Source: Lama guanicoe (lineage: Eukaryota). Taken from it: DNA of 64,000 nt. The stretch covers positions 1,207,103 to 1,271,102 of the forward strand of contig MU053520.1 of the NCBI GenBank assembly GCA_013239625.1, written 5' to 3'. This document shows positions 12,090 to 25,417 of the stretch, piece after piece. The notes beneath the pieces were generated by a model that was given only the letters and a program-made list of their open reading frames with translations, was not told where the DNA came from and searched no databases. Positions within the stretch are counted from its first letter, which is position 1, and every line of letters starts with the position of its first letter. The translations under genes were made by a program, and so were the position numbers.

Positions 12090-13420
12090 ATAAGTGCTAC
12101 AGAATATGGCTGATGGAGTAGGTATTGGTAGCTTGAGGAGGGAAGACAAGGCATGAATCAGCTTCTAAATGACTGGGAAGTGAATGGGCTGGGGAGGTAG
12201 TTTATGACTGTGCAGTAGCATTAAGAGCCCACCTGGCATTGTGGTCATAGATTTAAAATGATACCCCTCAGCATGATTTAATAGTTTTAAGCAGCCATAT
12301 TTATCCATATTGATATAGGTACAGATTTGGCAGAGACTTGGATTCACCAGAGCTGTGATTTTGTCAGATGAGTTTTAAAATTGAGAGAAAGGGCAATTAA
12401 GTAAAGAGTACATTCACATGACTGGATAAAATGATTGGCTAATTGAAGCTGGATAAAGAAAGAAGAAAGGACATCAAGAAATACGTTGGCGAACAGAGAG
12501 GTGGTGGCGAGACAGATAGACTGGAGATCTTATTTGAATAAAAGGGTTGTTGAAATTGGGGTATTAGAAGAGTGAGTTGAAAGGTGAGGTTGTGCACAGG
12601 ATTGAAATTATGGATTGGCTGAAATTTCGGATAATGGCAAGATCTGGGTGTGACCATGGAGTAATGACTTAGGTAGAAGAGGGGGCAAGATAATTAGGAA
12701 ACAGATCAAGTAACTGAGAAATATGGCAAATGTCTTCTATGTTCATATTAAAATCAACAGGAATTAGGATTGGTCAATTGTTAAAGAGGAGCTAATACAG
12801 AGAGGGAGTCGGGGTGATACAGGTATATAAATTACACCAATAATGAAGAATATAACCTAAAAGGCTTGAGCTTTTAAGCCGAAGTTTTTCAAGGAAGAAA
12901 GAGGCAGAGAGCTCCAGAAATGTCAAGGGATTGCTGACCAGATATCTGGGCTCAGTGATATGAGGGATAGAGATGAAATGGGTGGAAATAAACAGTTAAC
13001 AATTAGAAAGGCTGCAGGGAAAACAATCCCCCAGGAAAGATCCAGGTTTAGCTTGGAGCAAGGAAAGAAAGGGAACAGTAAAGGAAGAGATCAAAGACAT
13101 GGAGGAGTGCACTGGTGACAAACAGTGAATTCCACTGGTCTTGATGGAAAAGTTAAAGAGTTGAGGATGAGTGGAAGATGGATGAAAAGGAGATGTGCAG
13201 ATTATATATAGTTCCAAGTATAGGGGATGAGATGTCTGAAGTTGTGATAACATAAAGTAGCAATAAAGGAGAGAGCAAAATTAGATGATTTCTGGTATTC
13301 TCAAGGAAGATAATGTTAACGAGGCTCAAATTGTAGGGAGATGGGAAAGGTGGTTGTGGGGCTGTCTCATGATCCCTGTCCATTTTGGGTTAAGTGTCTG
13401 AGAGAGTGGGTGCCTGTCAG
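12090..13420 (-). mobile_element. LINE-2 ORF2 fragment (endonuclease region)
   Basis: Purine-rich plus strand; the minus strand of 12630-12660 reads catggtcacacccagatcttgccattatc, resembling the HGHTLDLxI APE-endonuclease motif of L2. Confidence 0.7.
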
Positions 13421-13430
13421 AGTTAAGCAA

Positions 13431-14070
13431 AGTGTACTTGGGGCTAGGTGCACCCCCCCCAACCAAAATGATGGAATGGAGTTCTCCCAGGGGAAGCCAA
13501 GTGTTGCTCTTGATCTCAGCCAATGGGAGTGGAAGTGATGGGAGCTGGGAATCTCACTTTGGGGGCTCATTCTTGACCGAGCACAGTCTAGGGTTCATAA
13601 AACCTGAGTACCCAGGATCCATGCATGAGCTCCCTTTTGGGGTTGACGCTTCTCCCCACTAAGAAATCTGAAGAGGAGCACGTTCCCTACCTGCCTGTTA
13701 TCTAGGATTTTGGTCAGTACAGTCTTTCAGACACTCTCACCAGAGACTTTAAATAGTGGGGCAGTGATGTAAAGGCTCAGGGTCAAGTGGAATTCATCCA
13801 CAGAATCAAGAGTATGGCAATGAGTGTTCGAGGCAGTCAGTTCTGATAGGGAGCGATGCACGGCCAGTGGTGACAGCTCCTGTAGCAGTTTCCTGAGCAG
13901 ACCTGGAGCTTGGCTGTATTTGAACTCTAGTGGTGCCTCCTTCATCTGTGCTGACCATACTTCCAATATGAGTACTTCTCACAAACCCCTTCTTAAAAAT
14001 TCCTTTTCTGCTTAATAAATAAACCAAATTAAGCTTCTGATATTTCCAGCCAAGAATACAACTAATACCC
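13431..14070 (+). mobile_element. ERVL-type solo LTR (LTR16/LTR33-like, family uncertain)
   Basis: GC-richer block from tgtacttgg to ..aaattccttttctgctt aataaa..cagccaagaatacaactaatac, an ERVL-like 3' terminus. Confidence 0.5.
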
Positions 14071-15206
14071 CTGGATATAACAAGGTCTAGCTGGCTTCCA
14101 GGCCTGTGCACTTTTATTGAAGGAGCTCACTCTGGTCCTTTACGCAGGAGAAAAGAGTATTCATTCTTATTTTTAGAGATCTTGGTGCTTGTTTACAGAA
14201 ACTTTCCTGATAAGAGTTTGCTGATAGTCTGACATTCCCTTCTACCCCAAGCACTGAGTGCACCATTCATGTTTGGCAATTATTTCTTAAGAGTAGTCAT
14301 TCTTGGGTGGAGTGGTGTGTATGAAAAAGCAACACTCCATGAAAACTCCTCATACTGTAAGTGCTTATTCAATACGATTAACAAGCAGGCCTGCTGGTCC
14401 TTACACCTGAGAGGTAGGACTTAGTTCCTCCTTCTTTCCTTCACTTGGTAGTTTTCTTAAATCCCATTCTTTTAAGAAAAAGACATGTGACTTTAGTCAT
14501 CTCTGATTTTGTTATCACACATTTAATTAATATAAAGCAAGAAGAAGAAATGGAAAATCTTAAGCACAAAGTAGATTTTTTTTAATAAGTACATTACTTG
14601 GACCAATATTTTGATTCACATATGACATTTCTGACTTCAAATTAAGTCATCAAATGATTCACCAAACTTGAGTCTTGTGGTTTTTCAATTGGTTAGCACA
14701 ATCTGTTATTCCAAATTAAATTTCTAAAGGAGTATGTCTTTGGATATTATATACTTCATAGCTGACAGGGACACTATCTAATTAGCTATTTATATGCAAA
14801 GCAGAGGGAAGGATAATTAGAGACATGGATTATGCAAAGGCAATCACACTGACAGAGGGCAAAAGAAACTGCAAACATATTGAATCAAATTTGTATATAC
14901 GTTCCTCCAGTTTCTCATGTTTCGTTTGTATTGTATTACATTTATGCACCATTTAACATGCTATAAATGAAGTAATATCCTAATCCATTGATTGATACAC
15001 TAAATATAAATCTTACAATATAAACTATCTGTTGGACTACAAAGATAATAAGCTTTAGTGAATAAAAAGGAATAAAGTCCTATATTTGGAAAATGCCTTT
15101 CTTAGCTCCAACCTCCAGTACTCTTCCCTGGCAGATGGGGCTGTTGAACACAGTTTTATATCACTAACAGCACAATCAAAAAAGAAAAATCCTGGCTTTT
15201 AAGACC

Positions 15207-15872
15207 TATTCTAGTTATCCACTGGTGTATAACTGATGACCCCAAATATGTTGGAGTTAGAGGACAAATATGTTATTATGCTCACAACTCTGTGGGTCAG
15301 GAATTTGAGAAGAGCATAGAGAAGATAGCTTGTCTCTGCTCCAAGGTAACTAGGACCTCAGCTGCCATGACTTACATGGCTGAAGATTGCTGGGATATTT
15401 TGATTAGGGTCACGTTTCAGGAGCTTCAGTTCTGGCTGTCACCTGGTTTCTTTGCTTCTTCTCCATATTGCATCTTCTGGGGATGAAATGTCTAAGATGC
15501 CTTCTGCACTCACATGTCTTGCACATCAGTGAGGCCAGCTGGAACAGCTGGAATTGGATGGGCATTTCTTACTCTTTTTTTTTTTTTTTCGCATGTAGCC
15601 TCTCCTCCAACTGGCTTTGGCTTCCTCACAGCATCATAATCTTAGGGTAATAATCTTATGAAATGGTTTGCTTTTTTCAAGGCCAAACATTTCCAAGACA
15701 TTGCATGGGAAAGCATGCCAGTGTTTTAAGGTCTGGACTAGGAAACCAGCATGGCAATAATTCCATCATCTTTTACTGGTCAAAGTGTGCCAGGATCCAA
15801 GGGGAAGCGACACAGACTTCTCCCTCAATGAGAAGAGTGTCAATTAATTTGTGGCCATCTTAAATCTGCTAA
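15207..15872 (-). mobile_element. MaLR solo LTR (MLT1G/H-like)
   Basis: ttattatgctcacaactctgtgggtcaggaatttg...ggcttcctcacagcat...aatttgtggccatcttaaatctg. Confidence 0.75.
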
Positions 15873-15950
15873 AACATCTTATATCCACCATAATGATTTA
15901 CCAGAATCTGGAAGATCTCAGCAGGACTCTGTGACATGACTTCACACGGG

Positions 15951-16600
15951 TGTTATTGAACCCAAATTTATGTTCCCAATGCACAGTGAGGCCAAACAAA
16001 CTCAAAAGTCAGAATTTGGAGCACAGAAAGGTTTATCATGAGGGCCAAACAAGGAGATCAGGCAGCTTGTGCTCAAAAGATCTAAACTCCCAGGTTGTTC
16101 AGGGAAGTGTTTTTAAAGGCAGATTTGGGGGGAAGGCTGCAGGGTGTGTGACTTTCTTCTGATTGGTTGGCGGTGAGGTAACAGGGTGGTGTTCCAGGAA
16201 CCTCAGTTATCAGCATCTGGTTCTAATCAGTTTGGGGGCTACACACTCATGGTCATCATGCAGTTAACGTCTTCCATCTGGTGGGGTTTCAGTCCCTGGA
16301 AAACAACTCAGGAATGTGTATTAGACACTGTCATCTATATCCTTCAGGGAGGGACTAAATATTCTGAGACTGCTATGCGGCTGATCTAATTATTCAAATG
16401 GTTACCAGCTCTCCTGGCCCAACTGATATTTTTTGTTACTACTTATTCAGCTTCTTTCAATCATTAATTCTTGAGCCAGCCTTTTGTGACTCAGGGGAGG
16501 CCTGGGAGACTAAAGCTTTTTTAAAAAACCATAGGCCGGTAGAGGACGTGGGATGGGGAATCTGTCTCAGGAAGGCTTCAAAGTGTCCTGCTTAGTGACA
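15951..16600 (-). mobile_element. ERV1-type solo LTR (650 bp)
   Basis: Begins TGTT and ends GACA; 4-bp TSD cggg/cagg (one CpG-type change). Confidence 0.8.
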
Positions 16601-16631
16601 CAGGCTTTCTCTTACATGGCAGCACCCCAAC

Positions 16632-16632
<1 letters not shown>

Positions 16633-16676
<44 letters not shown>
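16633..16676 (+). repeat. (A)44 homopolymer
   Basis: 44 uninterrupted A. Confidence 0.98.
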
Positions 16677-16678
<2 letters not shown>

Positions 16679-17218
16679 AGGGGAGGCAGAAATGCAGTTT
16701 CAATCAGTGAAACGTTTTGGAACAGGTTATATTTTAAAAATTGTTCCAAAGTTGGGTTATGTATGAAAAAATTCACATTTGAGCTCCCAGCTTGATGCAG
16801 TGAACTGAACTTTGAGTATGTTTATCTCAAATTTTTCCTAAACCCCATTGAAATGATGGTAAAGTTCAAAAGGGAATGCATTCATAAAAGTGCAGATGAG
16901 GCAAGACAGATCATTCAAGGAGCAGGTAAGTTGATATACATCATAAATATGGAAGGCATATTTATGGCATCATAGTGACCAACAAACAGAACAGAAATCG
17001 TACCAGTGCACGGTATACTAAAGGAAAGATGCAGAAAGAGCCTGTCGAGGGCTTTCAGCTTGTAGCACAAAGGAAAGGAAAGTCAGCAACAAGGCGGGTA
17101 GAGCCTGAACGGTGACACTCCTTCCTTCCTGCATGTTTAAGTGTATGTCTGTCCCCAGGATGAACTAAAGAACTGTTCTTTAAAGATGTTGAGTGTCCAT
17201 CTAGTAGCATGGAGGCTC

Positions 17219-17857
17219 TGAGCAGTAAAGAATTAACCTTGTCCAAGGAAAACCTTTTGACCTTTTGACTCCAGATGCTGGGAGGTAACTTCCAAGCCCT
17301 TAAATATCCTGCCTGACGAGAGTGTTTTTGTTTACCTGGGGACTTTGGGTGACTCCATATAGTTTATACTAACAGTCTGATTTATGTTGGAGGTCATGGG
17401 CTGTGTAATATCAGCTTGAACTCTGGAGGAGCTGGAGGTCAAGATCATCTGTGTGGGTGGTCAGCTGTGTCCATGTGACCAATTCCCAGGGAAAACACCA
17501 AGGCTCAAGTGAGCATCCTGGGTTCATTCCAGGCATATCGTCACACAGGGTTCCTGGGAGAAATATGTTCTGTCCACACCACTCCACTAGGGGAGGACAA
17601 GTGTAATGTCCACACCAGGTCTCTCATGGCCACTGCCCTGAATGCCTTTTCCCATTGCTGATTCCAGCATGCATTCTATCCAACATACATACATACATAC
17701 ATACATATGTGTATATATATATATATATATATATTCTGTATTCTATTCAATCTGTATTCAGTCTGTAATAAACTACAACTGAGTATAATAGCTTTGCTGA
17801 GATTTGGGTCCTTCTAAACCATTGAACTTGAAGGTGGACTTGAGGATCTCTTGACCT
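17219..17857 (+). mobile_element. MER21-like ERVL solo LTR containing an (ACAT)n(AT)n microsatellite at 17682-17733
   Basis: aagaattaaccttg..ctgggaggtaacttccaagccctt..tcctgcctga..agagtgt..tttgtttacctgggg matches recalled MER21; aataaa near 17767. Confidence 0.8.
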
Positions 17858-18239
17858 CCTGGTTCTCATTGAAAAAATTGGCCCTCAGGGGATGACATTC
17901 CTCATTTTTGCATTTAGGTAGATACCCAGACTGCTTGGCTTCTACCCGTTTTTGAAATGAAATTAACCCGGACAAACAACTTACAATAATCCCTCCTACT
18001 CGGGGAAGAGTTTGTGACTGGCACATCAAGAAATAAGGGAATTTACCAGTAGTTTATAATTATGCAAATAATTTCTAGAAGAAGGCAACAAAAATGGCAA
18101 AAAGTAATTAGCCTTGTGGAGTGGATTGAGAGAGATGGTGTGTAGAAAAAATTTTTTACCCTACCATATTTAAAAAAATATTATTTCCATGGACATAGAT
18201 TTTTTCTGATATTCAGTAGGGTCCGTAGCCATCCAAAAG

Positions 18240-18645
18240 AGACAGCACTTCTCCGTTTCCATTGTATTGAACTATGGTCATATTACTAGGTTCTAGTCTA
18301 GGAGATATTCTCAGAAATGTGTGGCAATTTTGGGAAACCATCATAAGAGGCATCTAGTGTATATGTTTGGTCCCTTTTACTGCGTATATTTCTCTTACCT
18401 CTTGCCTGAAACAGAACCATTGAATGTGGTCTTGGAACATAGAAATGAAAGCCGCACACTAGAGAAAGCAGACCCGGGAGGTAGCCAGGGCCTTTGAGAA
18501 CTTAGTGGAACAGAGCTGCTGGATGAGTCCTATAGTGCATAGCTTCAACCTTCTACGTGAGAGAGGAATAGCTTTTGACTCTGGTCTAAATCAAAGTTAT
18601 GTTGAGTTTCCTGCTTATGCATTTAAAGTTAATTTTAATATACAT
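18240..18645 (+). mobile_element. MaLR solo LTR (MLT1J/K-like)
   Basis: gtggaacagagctgc...cttctacgtgagagaggaata...ttaatataca 3' terminus. Confidence 0.55.
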
Positions 18646-20204
18646 ATATCACTTTTATTAAAGCAAATTCATGCTCTGCCAACTCATTTTACCTCCCTCT
18701 GTTCCCTCAAACTCCATACTTCCTCTCTTCTTTATTATTTAAATAACTGTATTTTTTTTAAAGCATCAGTCTCTTGATAGTGAAGTCTTTGATGAAGGGC
18801 AGTGGTTGTTTTGATTAAATGATTTCATCAACTGGAAAGGGCTCCCACCTTCTGTTCCTGTGCATCTTTGCAGTGAAGTAGGGAGTACGTGCTGCCTTCT
18901 AGCACACCATCAATGTACTTAAGCACCAATATTTTGGCACCTTTGAGAAGAACACAGCTGCAAGATGTTGTTACTGGCAGTAAATCTCTTAAGTTATTAG
19001 TGCAATGAAGGTGGAATTTCAGACAACTATCCAACATTAAAAAAGCATTCCTTTTATTCTTGCAGATGTGCACAAGAATTTCTATTCCTTCCCAGGTTTG
19101 CATAATAATTATTAATTTTATTTCCTTGATATCATTAGGTAAAGGCATAATGTAAATACAGTGTTTTTATGGACAGCGTCAAATGGGAGGCTGAGAGAAC
19201 CTGACAACACCCTGGGGGAAGATGACCAAATGTTTGTCATGCACATTTCTAAATCTATGACCTGGGTTGAGGTAAACATTACAGAAACAAGCAAACAAAC
19301 CAACAAATAAAAAGTCCTATATATTCTTCACATTAACCAAGACAAAATACCTTAATCTCTGGCTGCCTTTGCTCCCCTGGTGGAATTATTTCATCCAACT
19401 TCAGTTTTGCATTCCCAGCACAAATAAAATGCCTGTGCCCTGAAGCTAAGTGGGGAACCATCGACGTGCTGATTAAGCATTACTGATTAACTGTACAGTG
19501 TAAGTCATTTAAATTGCTGGTGCACAGATGGGCAACATTTATTTAATTGTTTAATAACCTGCACTCTGAAGGGAACTTGCTAATGCACCTACAATAGAGA
19601 AACAATAATGCTGTTTCAGGGAAACATGAATTGACTTACCTGTCATGTACTGCAGCCGTCATTTGGGTGAACTTGTAAAACTCCATTAGAACCCTCATCA
19701 GTCATCATATGTATGGTCCCTTGATGCAGTGACAGCCTCTGTTATGCTAAGACTCAGAAAAAAACTAACCTAGACACTGTGGCTTTCAAAATGTCCTTGT
19801 TATTTTGTTTGGCCCCCTTTAAAATTATTTCTTATTTACATTTGTTTGTCTGTCAGTTAGTCTCAAGGAGAGCTTATTATGTATCATGAGTTGATGAAAA
19901 TTACTTTAGGAAATATAAATTATTCTTCATAACCAATTGAAGGTGTAATTTTTACATGTATAACCTTTCAGCTCTAGGCTTCTCTTCCAATCCAACTTGA
20001 GTAAGAACTTGAATGAGGAGCCTTCATTCTACCTTGCCATTTACAAAAAACTACTCTGATTTAAAATTCATCTCAAAGGTCTCTAAAGTTCAAATTCAAC
20101 AAATGTTTCTTGAGCACATATCAGGGACTGTGCTAGTTGCTAACTAGCTGCTCCTTTGAAAAGATAAAAATATACAAATAAATATTGTAGATGATATAAG
20201 GAAA

Positions 20205-20300
20205 TAGCTGTCAGCACAAATTTTGGAGTCAGACTGCCTGGATTCAAATCTTCCCTCTAACTCTTAGTATTGGTGCAATGCTGGCAAGAAGTTTAACTCC
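20205..20300 (+). mobile_element. MIR 5' half (continues at ~21190-21270)
   Basis: ttttggagtcagactgcctggattcaaatc; 3' part aaatgtaacgtgcttagaacaatgc at 21231-21255. Confidence 0.7.
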
Positions 20301-20339
20301 TTTTTTTTTTTTTTTCCTTTCCTGACCCCACCTCCTATT

Positions 20340-20735
20340 TGTTTTTGTTTTTTATTTATGTTTTTATTGAAGTATAGTTGATTTACAATGTTATGTTAGT
20401 TTATGATGTACAGTGAAATGATTCAGTTATATATATGTGTGTGTGTGCATATAATATGTATATATATTATTTTTCAGATTCTGTTCCATGAGAGATTATT
20501 ATAAGATATTGAACAGAGTTCCCTGTGCTATACAGTAAGTAGGTCCTTGTTGTTTATCTATTTTATATATAGTAGTATTATCTTCTAATCCCAAACTCCT
20601 AATTTACCCCACCCCACCTTTCCCCTTTGTTACCATAGTTTGCTTTCTATGTTTGTGAGTCTATTTCTGTTTTGTACATAAGTTCATTTGTATCATTTTT
20701 TTAGATTCCACATATAAGTGATATCATGTGATACT
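20340..20735 (-). mobile_element. Young LINE-1 3' end
   Basis: tttattgaagtatagttgatttacaatg...ttagattccacatataagtgatatcatg; highly similar to 2860-3230. Confidence 0.93.
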
Positions 20736-20739
20736 GATC

Positions 20740-21185
20740 AACAAGACCTAATCCCCAATACCTCAGGATGTGGCCTTATTTGAAAATATGGTCTTTACTG
20801 AGATAATCAAGTTAAAATGTGGTCATTAGTATGGGTCCTAATCCACTATGACAGGTCCTCATAAAAAAAAGAGAGAAATTTAGACATAGAGATAGGCACA
20901 CACAGAGAAGAAAAATGATGTGAAGACATGCAGGAGAACAATATGGGGAGGCAGAGGCAGAGATTGGACTGATGCAGCTTCAAGCCAAGGAAAGCCAATG
21001 ATTGCTGGCCAGCACTTGAAGCTAGGAAGTGGTAAAACAGAATTCTGCCTAGAGTCTTAGAGAGACTACGGCCATGCCAACAACTTGGTTTCAGACTTCT
21101 AGGCTCCAAATCATGAGAGAATACATTTCCGTTGTTTTGTCATCCAGCTATGGTACTTTGTTAGGGGAGCTGCAGAAAATATAGT
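20740..21185 (+). mobile_element. MaLR LTR (MLT1B/C-like), 5' end missing
   Basis: cctaatccccaatacctcaggatgtggccttatttgaaaata..cctaatcca..gacttctaggctccaaatcatgagagaatacatttc. Confidence 0.85.
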
Positions 21186-21299
21186 TCACCACCTCTTGGA
21201 TTTGGTGGTGAAAGAATTATGTAAATTAACAAATGTAACGTGCTTAGAACAATGCATGTGCTGTGGTCAGTCTCCTGATTTCTGTTAAAGGCTTCATAG

Positions 21300-21540
21300 A
21301 AGTAGAGAACATGACATTTCAGGTGTATAGGAGGAAGATTGTTCATGCCACAGACCTGCAACTTAAATTAGCAAATCCTTATTATCTCACAATTTTTATG
21401 TGTCAAGGATCTGGCATGGCTTAGATGTGTGTTTTTGGCCTAAGTTCTCTCAAGACGTTCCAGTCAAGTTGCTGGCTGGGACCATGTCATCTGAAGACTC
21501 AGTTTGGTGGGGATTGGGGAGGGCATCTGCTCCCAATCTA
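21300..21540 (-). mobile_element. MaLR LTR fragment (MLT1F-like)
   Basis: ttattatctcacaattttt..ggcatggcttag..cagtcaagttgctggctgggac..gtcatctgaagactc. Confidence 0.65.
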
Positions 21541-21598
21541 TTTCCCGAGTCTACAGTTATTTCAAAATAATAAGTTAAAAAAATTAATCTGGTCAAAA

Positions 21599-22254
21599 TG
21601 TTACCAAATTAAGTCATATGGGCCCTGCTGTGGCCGTAGCCAGGAGAAGGCTCTCTGCCTTGGTGGGAATGGTTCTTTTCCCTTTGAGCTTCAAGCAGCC
21701 AAATAACAAAACCAAAGCTGAGATTGACACAGCACAAGCCTTTTTCAGCAGCCAAAGAATGGAGAAGTAGGAACTAAGTTCACAGATCAATTTCTTGCCC
21801 ACATGGTGAGAGGAATTTAATTTTAAAGAGTAAAGACAAAGGGAGAAGGAGTGAGGCTAATGATGGGGAAGGATATGCATTACTCCACTAGGGAAAAGGC
21901 AGGGTTTTTTGAAAGAGTTGGGTTCAACCCCCTTTTTTTAATCTTTTCTAGTCCTTAATTTCTGGTCATGGCCACCAGTAGGTGCATCACTTAATAAGCT
22001 AATGCAATAAAATCAGCGTATAAGGATACTCAGGGCCTCCTGGAGGTCGGATTCATCACCATCATGGTCCCAGCTAGTTCCATCTGGTTTGTTTATTTGT
22101 TGGTAGCTTTCTTCCTTATCTCTGGATCTTTAACTTAAAGATTTATGTTTACTTCTGCTAAAGGTGGAGGTTGGCAGGTTTTAAACAAAGTCACTCCTGC
22201 TAAAGGCAGGGATTGGTGGGTTTTGAGCAAAGACCTGGAGCAGCTCCGGCAACA
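21599..22254 (-). mobile_element. ERV solo LTR (ERV1-like)
   Basis: Terminal inverted repeat tgttacc..ggcaaca; internal ~43-bp tandem duplication near 22151-22236; no clean TSD. Confidence 0.65.
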
Positions 22255-22764
22255 AAGTTATGGCCATAGACTTGTTTCAAAAGTCATCTACTGGGAGAGA
22301 GGTGAGGCATTCAAATATGAGTAAGTCTGAGGGATCAAAGAACAGAGTTAACCTATGGCTCACTTCCCAGGGAGAACCTTAAAAAAATGGAAAGCCTCTT
22401 TAAACTTACTCTGAAATGTCACAAGAGGCATAGAATCAAGACTCCTGCAGTGAATTTCTAGGAATATTGACCTGAGCACCTCTAGATTTTCCAGTTTTTT
22501 TGGTTACATCCCAAAGTGTAGCAGAATAGAGGACTAGCTGACAGTAGAAACCTAGCAGTAATGTATGAAGCAGGTACCATGGTGGCCAACATGAGACGAT
22601 CGAAGGTCAAGTGGGGACACAGGCATCTCCACATATGCCAGGGCAGATGATGATGACAAAGGACCAGGGCCACTGTCTGTACTGCGGGGCTCTGTAAGTC
22701 CCAGAAGACCTTGAACACAACTTCTGAGATAAGATCCAGAGCTCTGAAGTGAACGAGGTGACTC

Positions 22765-23456
22765 TAAATTGACTGAAATGAAGTTTCCAGCACTTGGTTA
22801 AATGGTGGCTTGTAACAGGAAAAATAAGAGAAGTCAGATTTCTTACACAGTTAAGCTTGGGGTCCAAGGTTTGTATTACTGTATAAATGAAACATGGCAT
22901 TCTTTATATTTCCATTAACTGTTTCCGTAGACTTTCCCTACAAAACTCTGCCAGCTAAAATTTGGCACTTGTCATCTGCCTCTACAAGGATTGGATCATG
23001 TTGGCACTTGCCATCCAACTCTGCTTGGATTAAATCATGAACCACTGCAGCTGCTAATCTCCAACTCTCCCTGAAAGGAATTCAGTGGGGAGACTAGGAA
23101 CGAGGTACTGTGTACTCTGGGAAAAACTGGCTGAACAGGCCTTCAGATAGATAGATATTTTCAGAAGATTTTATGAGCCCAAATTCTTGCATCTCCTCAT
23201 ATCTAGAAAAGCACTAAAATCATTAGTGCTGACATCTGGTCCCCATGACTAGCAGCAGACCTTTGCTTAAATACGTGCTTGACTGCATGTCCCCCCTTCA
23301 CTAAAATCATATGTAATACTGAGTCCCCATCCTGACTCTTCAGAGCAGTTCCTCAGAGCTATCAGAAATGCTGTCTCCCGGGTTTTAGTCCTCATTTTGC
23401 CCCCAATAAAACTTAACCCACAACTCTCATATTGTATGATTTTATTTCAGTCAACA
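22765..23456 (+). mobile_element. ERV1-type solo LTR with TSD
   Basis: TSD actc at 22761-22764 and 23457-23460; inverted termini ttgactgaaat/atttcagtcaa; AATAAA at 23405-23410; 39-bp tandem duplication near 22961-23039. Confidence 0.85.
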
Positions 23457-25417
23457 ACTCAAAGTAATAAATGAAGAAATTTTAGAGACAGGATATTTTT
23501 AAATTGGGATTCAAACATGAAAAATGAGTATTTTCTTTGATTATCCTTACTTTAAATCCTGGGAAAGCTATGGCTTTAATCAAGAAATTCACTTCATCTA
23601 GGAACTTGTGAAAAATCAACTTTCTCCAAACTTCTTGGCCTGAAGTTGAGGCTTTAAATATATTTTACTGATGTCTGATAAATTGAGTCTGTTTTCAAGG
23701 TCTTAGCGTCCTTTACATGGTTAAAAAAATGCTTTATAGGTATGAGGTTTTTGAAGAAAAGGAGAATGTGCATTTTAGAAAAAGAGGGAGAATTTTAGGT
23801 AGTTGTGCCAGACAGACAAAGAACAGGGAAGAAAGTATTTTTCCAAGATTTTTTTTTTCTTCTCGATTCTGAATAAGGAAAATTGCCATTCACGTCCCTT
23901 TAACATTTTTTTCTCTGAAACACGATGTAAATATTTTGCGAGAAAACAGTTGCCTATCTCTGTGATGTCACAAACCCAAATGGTGTAATTCTACTGGAAT
24001 TAAGGGTCAAGTTCAGGAAAGAAATATCCCCTATAGTTGAGGTAAAACATCTATTTTGGAACACAATGCACATTCCTCATTGAGATTCCACTTTACCTGC
24101 AAAAAGACAGCCACCAGCAGGCTAAAGACACTCACCACTTTGTCTGCTCCCTCCCAGTAAAGAGGCTAGCTCTAGAGACAGTGTAGAGGGTTAAAAGCTT
24201 TGCTTTCAATCACCAGGGCCTAATCCCAGATTGCCTCTATTCAAATCTGCCTTTGTAATTGAAATTGTGGCTTTAAAATAACAGTGGGGATTTATTCCAA
24301 AGTGCTTCTAAAAGCCACAATGCCCTGGTGACCTAGTCAGTCTAATACGGTCTAGAACTCATAAGTCTGGGATTGCAGGAAAGGACTGAAATCAGAGATG
24401 AGTCCCAGCTAAGAAGCTGGAAGACTTTTTTGCAGATGCCAGGAGCACTGGATTCTTCAACAGCTTCCACTGAATGTATAAAAAAAATATGAGATTTGAG
24501 CTTCGTGGTGATATTATGCAATCATGCACTTTGTTCCATCTGTGATTCATTGATATAGCTTAATGCTAATGCATGTTATAAGAATAAAATCATAGCCTCA
24601 ATGAGATAAAAGCCTGCCCCTGATGACTGTTGGATTCTAATTGTATTTCACACGGACATGTATGTTACCTAATTTTTTTCAGCCGCACTACTTTTGTGTA
24701 TGCTTGATCTGATAATTTATTAATTTAAGATAATGTATGATAACTAATAACTTTCTCTGAATAAGTAAAACTCATTAGGTCCATTCCTGAATCTCATTCT
24801 GTACAGTCAAATAAATGTTTAAACTGTACGTATGGTCTCAGTATAATTAACTCAGAGTACTCAGTGTTTGAGCTATTTTCTTTCAGCATGCTCTAGCACT
24901 GAAGTCCACTTCCTCCTAGTAAAATGTCTATCTTAGGACGTGAACATGTCAGGGCTATGAAAATAAATTTTGGTTATTAATTGGAGACTCATTTGATCTA
25001 TATCATGTCCACTGTTATTTACTCAGTTAGGGACATGTTTACATGTACAATTTTAGCTGCTGATGCTTTTTTTTTTTTAATATTTAAGCTGCCCTTGTGA
25101 AAAATCAGTAGGGATGAAAACCAGAGCTTTTGATTGCTCACCTTGTGGCAACCTCTGAACAAATTACTTTATATACATTATTCTACATATGTGGTGTTCT
25201 ACTCTGCTGCGTATCCCTCACCCAGTCCCCTTGGTCACACCGTGGAAGGTAACAGAGACTGAGATTGCACTCTCTTGGAAATGACTAGTTGAAACATTTT
25301 CCTCCCCCATCACACTCACCTAGGCTCACCACTTATTGACCTAAGTATTCCCACCAAAATAGTTCTTTGACATTATATAGGTAACCAGTAAGTTGATGCA
25401 TCCATTTTTCTCTAGCT

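Noticed and set aside
16553..16795. ORF with poly-lysine, NLS-like run
   Set aside because: Simply the translation of the (A)44 homopolymer; starts inside an LTR
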